From positions 12,325-76,324 of the forward strand of contig DODZ01000020.1 in NCBI GenBank assembly GCA_003524145.1: DNA of 64,000 bases, written 5' to 3'. A model generated the notes under the pieces. The model was not told the DNA's origin. It worked only from the letters and a program-made list of their open reading frames with translations, and did not search any database. Positions 59,087 through 64,000 of the stretch are shown here, in pieces; position 1 is the stretch's first letter, and each line of letters begins with the position of its first letter. Source of the DNA: Candidatus Apopatosoma intestinale. Its GTDB lineage: Bacteria; Bacillota; Clostridia; Oscillospirales; CAG-272. Both the position numbers and the translations under genes were made by a program.

Positions 59087-59617
59087 ATGAAAAAGGTTAT
59101 TTCTCTTGCACTGGCACTCATGATGCTTTTTCTCTTTGTTTCATGCGGAAAAGGAGAGGAGCAGAGCATACCGAGTATGATTAAAGCCGCATACAAAGGG
59201 CTTGAAAGCGAAACATGGATAAGGAGCATACCGAGGGCAAAAAAGTTTACCGCCTCCGGCGAGCACGCGGATTACGATACAAAATATCGTATAGGAATTT
59301 CGGCAGAATCCATGGATAAGTATATCGAGGAGGCGTATTATTCCTGTCCCGATATTCAGCCGAACACTTATGAGCTTACCATGGTGAAGATAAAGGAAGG
59401 CGTTTCCGCGGAGCCGCTCATGCATGAGATGGTAAAGGGAGCCGACTTGTATAAGTGGATATGCATGGGTGCCGATCAGGCGGCAGGCGCATATTTCGGC
59501 GACTATATCGTAATGGTGCTCGGAAGCACTGAACAGATAGATGCGGTTTTTGCTTCGTTTAAGAAGCTGCATCCGGATATGAGCGAGATATTTTACAGAA
59601 TCGAAAGAGAAAAATGA
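59087..59617 (+). CDS. lipoprotein of unknown function
   Basis: MKKVISLALALMMLFLFVSCGK signal with lipobox. AAGGAG RBS. No recognisable catalytic motif. Confidence 0.55.
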   Translation: MKKVISLALALMMLFLFVSCGKGEEQSIPSMIKAAYKGLESETWIRSIPRAKKFTASGEHADYDTKYRIGISAESMDKYIEEAYYSCPDIQPNTYELTMVKIKEGVSAEPLMHEMVKGADLYKWICMGADQAAGAYFGDYIVMVLGSTEQIDAVFASFKKLHPDMSEIFYRIEREK

Positions 59618-59636
59618 AAACAGCCGAATAAAACGA

Positions 59637-59675
59637 AAAATCTCCTGCGGATATCCGCGGGAGATTTTCGGTTTA
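59637..59675 (+). terminator. intrinsic terminator after the lipoprotein gene
   Basis: AAAATCTCCTGCGG...CCGCGGGAGATTTT hairpin followed by CGGTTT. Confidence 0.55.
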
Positions 59676-59728
59676 TAATTGAAATGCGCTTTTGCTTTGC
59701 TTACCTGCCGGAAAATACTTTTTCCGGC

Positions 59729-59765
59729 AAAAATAAAAAATGCATCAGGTGAGAATGATGCATTT
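59729..59765 (-). terminator. intrinsic terminator of rpsT
   Basis: The minus strand reads AATGCATCA-TTCTCACC-TGATGCATT followed by TTTTTTATTTT. Confidence 0.7.
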
Positions 59766-59783
59766 TCATATATGCGGAATGAC

Positions 59784-60044
59784 TTACGCTTTGTTGAGCA
59801 TCTTTGTGAATCTGCTCTTTTTTCTTGCGGCGTTGTTCTTGTGAAGAATACCGCGTGCTACCGCCTTGTCTATCTTGCGAACTGCTTCCTTGTAGGTAGC
59901 CTTTGCAAGCTCCATATCGCCTGCTGCAATAGCAGCCTCATACTTCTTCATAGCCGACTTGAGCGAAGTCTTGAACATCTGGTTCTGAAGAGTTTTGGTC
60001 TTGATAACGAGCACGCGCTTTTTAGCTGACTTAATGTTCGGCAC
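59784..60044 (-). CDS. rpsT: 30S ribosomal protein S20
   Basis: GTG start after AAGGAGGTG. (M)PNIKSAKKRVLVIKTKTLQNQMFKTSLKSAMKK. Confidence 0.93.
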   Translation of the reverse strand: MPNIKSAKKRVLVIKTKTLQNQMFKTSLKSAMKKYEAAIAAGDMELAKATYKEAVRKIDKAVARGILHKNNAARKKSRFTKMLNKA

Positions 60045-60129
60045 TGTGATTCACCTCCTTGATTTCGGCATTGCGGCTGTTTTTCATGAGAGGGTGAAAA
60101 ATTAGCCGTTTTTCCGCGTTTACCTGAAT

Positions 60130-60158
60130 ATAATACCATCTTTGAACGCAAATATCAA
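60130..60158 (-). promoter_or_regulatory. rpsT promoter, TTGATA-17-TATTAT (TG-extended), minus strand
   Basis: The reverse complement of 60153-60158 is TTGATA and that of 60130-60135 is TATTAT, with a TGG immediately upstream of the -10. Confidence 0.5.
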
Positions 60159-60322
60159 TAGGTTTTAGAAAAAAATATTTATTTTTTTATATTTTTTTGA
60201 AATTTTTTCCGAGAATGGCTTTTGACGCTATTTTAATGTTGCATTTTTTTGCAGAATGTGATAATATATTACAGTATGGCAATAATCTGTCTGTCATAAA
60301 TTTATTTTTCGGGTAGTGTCTC

Positions 60323-61648
60323 ATGAATAAATTCTTAAAAAGTGCATATTTCAAGGCATTGCTTGTCGTTTCGGCGATTGCCGTTGTGATGCTCGGAAAA
60401 GAAGTGGCGGGCTTCGTCCTTTTCCTGAATATTATCGGCTTCGTGCTCATTGCATGTAAGGAAACGGCGGTGTCATTTCTGCCTTTCATGCTCGCCTGTA
60501 CCTTTGTCGTGAAATGCTATGATTCCTTCTCGCTTTTCGCGCCGCTCTGGTGGGCATATATTTTCCCGCTCTGCGCCGTCGCTTTTCACTTTATCTATTA
60601 CAGAAAAGAGCATCGCTTCGCCATAGGGCAGAGCTTTTACGGCATCATTGCCGTCGCCGTGGCGGTTACGCTCGGCGGCATCGGAAAAATCTCGGCGGCG
60701 GAATATTTCTCTCCCATGGCGCTTTACTATGTATTCGGGCTGGGCATCGGCATGGCAGGTATATATCTGCTCCTGAAATCATCTTTTATTGAATATAACG
60801 GATATAGCTCACGGAAAAATTTCATATATGATATGTATATAATAGGGCTTTTTGCCTGTTTTATGATACTGCATCACTACGCGATAAATTTCCGGACGAC
60901 ACTGCTTGAGCATAAGCCGGCAAATATTCAGTGGAGCAACAATATCTCGACTATACTCATGCTTGCAATGCCGGTGCCGCTTTTCTTTACGAAAAAGCAC
61001 TTTGCTCATATTTTTTCTTCACTGCTCATATATGCCTGCGCGGTGCTCAGCGACAGCAGGGCGGGACTCATCCTCGGCACGGTCGAGATGATTATCTGCC
61101 TTATTCCGTTCATCGGCTTTGGCAGGAGCCGCGCACGCATGATGATACGCTTTGCTTTTGTAATATGCTCGGCTGTGGCGGGATATTTTATATTGTCAAA
61201 AATCTGGTCGCTTCTGTACAGTGAGAATTTCATCAGGGACAATGAGGCGAGAGTAAAGCTCATTTATCGCGCCATAGACGATTTCCGCGGCAGTCCGATA
61301 TTCGGCATAGGTCTCGGAAACAGAGCAAATACGGATATCTATCCATCATCCGTGATGGGAACAATATGCTGGTATCACATGATGATCCCGCAGATATTCG
61401 GCAGTATGGGTGTTGTCGGCGTGCTTGGCTACGGATATCAGCTCGTGACAAGGTTTATCCTCGTGCTCAGAAAGAGGAGCGCCGAGGCGATAACACTCGG
61501 ACTTTCATATTTCGGGCTTTTTCTCATGTCGCAGGTAAATCCCGGGGAGTTCTGCCCGCTGCCGTATGCGCTTGTCGCCACGCTGATATTTGTGCTTGTC
61601 GAATCGTGCGAAAACGCTCACAAAAAGCCGACCGAAGAGGAAAGTTGA
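60323..61648 (+). CDS. O-antigen ligase / Wzy-type polymerase family membrane protein
   Basis: 441 aa, polytopic. Wzy_C-like segment LIYACAVLSDSRAGLILGTVEMII. The RBS is weak, so the start is uncertain. Confidence 0.7.
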   Translation: MNKFLKSAYFKALLVVSAIAVVMLGKEVAGFVLFLNIIGFVLIACKETAVSFLPFMLACTFVVKCYDSFSLFAPLWWAYIFPLCAVAFHFIYYRKEHRFAIGQSFYGIIAVAVAVTLGGIGKISAAEYFSPMALYYVFGLGIGMAGIYLLLKSSFIEYNGYSSRKNFIYDMYIIGLFACFMILHHYAINFRTTLLEHKPANIQWSNNISTILMLAMPVPLFFTKKHFAHIFSSLLIYACAVLSDSRAGLILGTVEMIICLIPFIGFGRSRARMMIRFAFVICSAVAGYFILSKIWSLLYSENFIRDNEARVKLIYRAIDDFRGSPIFGIGLGNRANTDIYPSSVMGTICWYHMMIPQIFGSMGVVGVLGYGYQLVTRFILVLRKRSAEAITLGLSYFGLFLMSQVNPGEFCPLPYALVATLIFVLVESCENAHKKPTEEES

Positions 61649-61677
61649 CACTTTTACATATATTTTCGGCTTTTTGG

Positions 61678-61706
61678 TTGACATGACATATTATTTGTGA
61701 TATAAT
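61678..61706 (+). promoter_or_regulatory. EPS locus promoter, TTGACA-17-TATAAT
   Basis: TTGACA at 61678-61683 and TATAAT at 61701-61706, 45 nt upstream of the Wzz gene. Confidence 0.55.
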
Positions 61707-61751
61707 TTATATGTTTAATAATCCTTACTTATTTTTGAACGGAGTGTAGAA

Positions 61752-62429
61752 ATGGAACTTAATTTAAAGGATATCGTATCTCTTTTGCTTTCCAAGCTGT
61801 TTGTCATCATACTCGTGGTATTATTATGCGCCGGCGTCGGCTTTGCATATACTTATTTTGCCGTCGACCCGACATATGCTGCATATACGAAGCTTGTCGT
61901 CAGAAATAAAAATGGTGTTGCAACAGGCGTTACATCGAGTGACCTTGCGGCTTCGCAGAGCCTTGTAAATACCTGCATGGACATATTGACAACAGAAGAT
62001 TTCCTTGATCATGTTTCCGCAAAGCTCGAATCTAAATACACCGGCGTTACAAATGCCTATATCAAAAAGCACATGACGCGCAAGCATATCACCGATACGG
62101 AAATATTCGTTGTCCAGATTACCACGACCGATCCGAATCTCTCCTACGATATAGCAAATGCCATTTCCGACCTCGCGCCGGATCTCATTCCGAAAACAAT
62201 AACAGTAGGTGAGCTTCGCCTGATAGACAGGGCGCGTTTGCCGGAAACATCGTCTTGGCCCATAGCGAGAAACACCGTTCTCGGCGGTCTTGCGGGTGCT
62301 GTTATCGCGATAGCAATAATCATAATAAAAGATATGCTCGATACGACGATAAGAACCAAGAAGGATCTCGAGGATAAATTTGAAGATATCCCTGTAATAG
62401 GCACGATACCCGGAATCAAACAGCGCTGA
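61752..62429 (+). CDS. polysaccharide chain-length determinant / BY-kinase transmembrane modulator (Wzz, CpsC/YwqC-like)
   Basis: TM segments at the N- and C-termini flank an extracellular domain. Sits immediately upstream of the BY-kinase gene. Confidence 0.8.
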   Translation: MELNLKDIVSLLLSKLFVIILVVLLCAGVGFAYTYFAVDPTYAAYTKLVVRNKNGVATGVTSSDLAASQSLVNTCMDILTTEDFLDHVSAKLESKYTGVTNAYIKKHMTRKHITDTEIFVVQITTTDPNLSYDIANAISDLAPDLIPKTITVGELRLIDRARLPETSSWPIARNTVLGGLAGAVIAIAIIIIKDMLDTTIRTKKDLEDKFEDIPVIGTIPGIKQR

Positions 62430-62440
62430 CGGAGGATAAA

Positions 62441-63262
62441 ATGAGAAAATCATCATTTCTTAAGAAAAGCAATAATAAAGCAAACAACGGTACGAGCGCA
62501 AAGTTTTACCGCACGCTCATAATAAACGACAATATGCCCTTTGCCGTTGTCGAATCGTACCGCTCGCTCAAGACAAACCTGCTCTATATCCCGATAGAGG
62601 CGAAATGCAAGAAATTTGTATTTACAAGCGCCGTCCCGGGCGAGGGCAAAACGCTTGTTTCCATCAATACGGCGATCAGCCTTTCGCAGAGCGACCTCAA
62701 GGTGCTTCTCATAGACGGCGATATCAGAAAGCCGAGAGTGAGAACGGCGCTTGACCTCAGCGAGGGTCACGGACTCTCCGAGTATCTCTCGGGGCAGGAT
62801 GCCGAGCCGAATATAAGAAAGACTTCGTTCCCGAACCTCTATGTGCTCACATCGGGCAAGAGCGTTCCTTTCACGGCGGAGCTTCTTTCCTCCGAGGCGA
62901 TGAATACCTTCCTCAAAAAGGTAGAGACAATGTTTGACTATGTCATAATAGATACCCCTCCGCTCACGGTTGTGCCGGACGCTCTCTCGCTTGCCGACAG
63001 GACAGACGGCTATCTCATAGTAGCAAGAGCGGATTACAGCGATACCGAAAACACGGCTGCCGCAGTTGAAAATATCAAAGCGGTAGGCGGAAGGGTTCGC
63101 GGATTTGTGATAGATAATCTCAATTACAAGAAGAGCGGCAGATACGGCTACGGACGCTATGGCCGCTACGGCAAATACGGATACTCGAAATACGGCTATT
63201 CCAAGTACGGATATTCAAACGGATACGGAAGCGACGGCAGTGATTCCGGAGAGACAAAATGA
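62441..63262 (+). CDS. tyrosine-protein kinase (BY-kinase, CpsD/CapB/YwqD-like)
   Basis: Walker A SAVPGEGKT, Walker A' LLIDGDIRKP, Walker B VIIDTPP, and a C-terminal Tyr cluster. Confidence 0.88.
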   Translation: MRKSSFLKKSNNKANNGTSAKFYRTLIINDNMPFAVVESYRSLKTNLLYIPIEAKCKKFVFTSAVPGEGKTLVSINTAISLSQSDLKVLLIDGDIRKPRVRTALDLSEGHGLSEYLSGQDAEPNIRKTSFPNLYVLTSGKSVPFTAELLSSEAMNTFLKKVETMFDYVIIDTPPLTVVPDALSLADRTDGYLIVARADYSDTENTAAAVENIKAVGGRVRGFVIDNLNYKKSGRYGYGRYGRYGKYGYSKYGYSKYGYSNGYGSDGSDSGETK

Positions 63263-63285
63263 TTACTCTCGGCGAAAAAGGAGTA

Positions 63286-63948
63286 ATGACCGATTTTCAC
63301 AGCCATATAATCCCGCGGCTTGACCACGGCAGCGGCAGTGTGGAAACGAGCCTATGGCAGATAAATGCGGCAAAAAAGGCAGGTATATCACGCATCGTGG
63401 CGACATCGCATTTCTATGCAAACGCCATAGATGTACCGGGATTCTATGCGCTGAGAGAAAAGTGCTTCGGCGAGCTCCGGCGCGCACTTCCTCCTGATGC
63501 TCCCGAGATAATACTCGGGGCAGAGGTGCTTGTTTTTGAAAATCTTGACCGTATGCCTTATGTGGAAAAGCTCTGTATCGCGGGGACAAATGTTTTCCTC
63601 GCAGAGCTTCCCATGAATTCCGTGGACGATTCTATAGCGGATACCATTCACCATCTCATCCGCCGCGGTCTTGATGTTGTGCTTGCCCATGCCGACAGGT
63701 ATGATACGGATATAATAGATGCCTGTGTCGATGTCGGGGCGAAGATTCAGCTCAATGCCGACGGGCTTCTCGAACATCGGAACAGAAAAAGATGTCTGCG
63801 CTGGATAGAAGAGGGCAGTGTATACGCGCTCGGAAGCGACATACACGGAAAAGGGAAAAACTATGAATATTTCAGGAAAGCAATCAGGATACTCGGCGGT
63901 CGCAGTGCCGAAATTTTCGCAAAGACAAATGCTTTACTGAAAAAATAA
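63286..63948 (+). CDS. PHP-family protein-tyrosine phosphatase (CpsB/YwqE-like)
   Basis: ATG at 63286 preceded by AAGGAG. MTDFHSHIIPRLDHGS, ATSH, AHADRY, GSDIHG. Confidence 0.85.
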   Translation: MTDFHSHIIPRLDHGSGSVETSLWQINAAKKAGISRIVATSHFYANAIDVPGFYALREKCFGELRRALPPDAPEIILGAEVLVFENLDRMPYVEKLCIAGTNVFLAELPMNSVDDSIADTIHHLIRRGLDVVLAHADRYDTDIIDACVDVGAKIQLNADGLLEHRNRKRCLRWIEEGSVYALGSDIHGKGKNYEYFRKAIRILGGRSAEIFAKTNALLKK

Positions 63949-64000
63949 AAATAATGCTGTCTCCATATCAATGGGGACGGCGTTGCTTTGTTTATAAGGG

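Noticed and set aside
59706-59730. The hairpin GCCGGAAAA-ATAC-TTTTTCCGGC between the two convergent terminators.
   Set aside because: A T-run does not follow it on either strand. It is probably incidental structure in a convergent intergenic region, so I did not call it as a feature.
59679-60029. A 116-aa + strand ORF.
   Set aside because: It is antisense to rpsT and runs through two terminator hairpins. It has no RBS.

Overview
This 64-kb window looks like chromosomal backbone of a spore-forming Firmicute of the Clostridia type, judged from PolC, yabO-yabP-yabQ-divIC, HrcA/CIRCE and roughly 50% GC. I count 56 CDS, 52 of them on the + strand, plus 3 tRNAs. Almost all of it is conserved housekeeping, in this order:
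- murB (truncated by the window edge)
- a Crp/Fnr regulator with a NitT/TauT-type ABC importer
- the Bacillus-type glycogen operon glgBCDAP
- a cytoplasmic GH13-GH31-GH29 glycosidase operon
- a lone M6-type metalloprotease
- eamA-cysE-gph
- pyrH-frr-uppS-cdsA-dxr-rseP-ispG-polC
- hup and yabO-yabP-yabQ-divIC
- a TPP-riboswitch-controlled ECF S component
- the CIRCE-controlled hrcA-grpE-dnaK-dnaJ-prmA cluster, then rsmE
- a PucR-type regulator, an S41 peptidase, greA and lysS
- tRNA-Gly/Arg/His
- an aminotransferase, a MATE pump, topB, lepA, hemW and rpsT
- the start of an exopolysaccharide locus (Wzy/O-antigen-ligase-like protein, Wzz, BY-kinase, PHP phosphatase)

I found no CRISPR array, transposase, integrase, phage gene, toxin-antitoxin pair or recognisable defence island. 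I cannot honestly point to a convincing novel multi-gene system.

The observations most worth a second look are local:
- an orphan consensus promoter plus a structured, terminator-ended RNA of about 90 nt inserted between prmA and rsmE
- a LysRS fused to a MetRS/Trbp111-type tRNA-binding domain
- a small lipoprotein with an Ada-type zinc-ribbon variant, and a QueG-like Fe-S protein, both inside the glycosidase operon
- an sORF-containing leader ahead of eamA-cysE
- a 45-nt palindrome that buries the yabP ribosome-binding site

All family calls rest on motifs read from the translations and on gene order. No searches were run. Several start codons were moved from the ORF-track start to an internal ATG/GTG that has a Shine-Dalgarno sequence.
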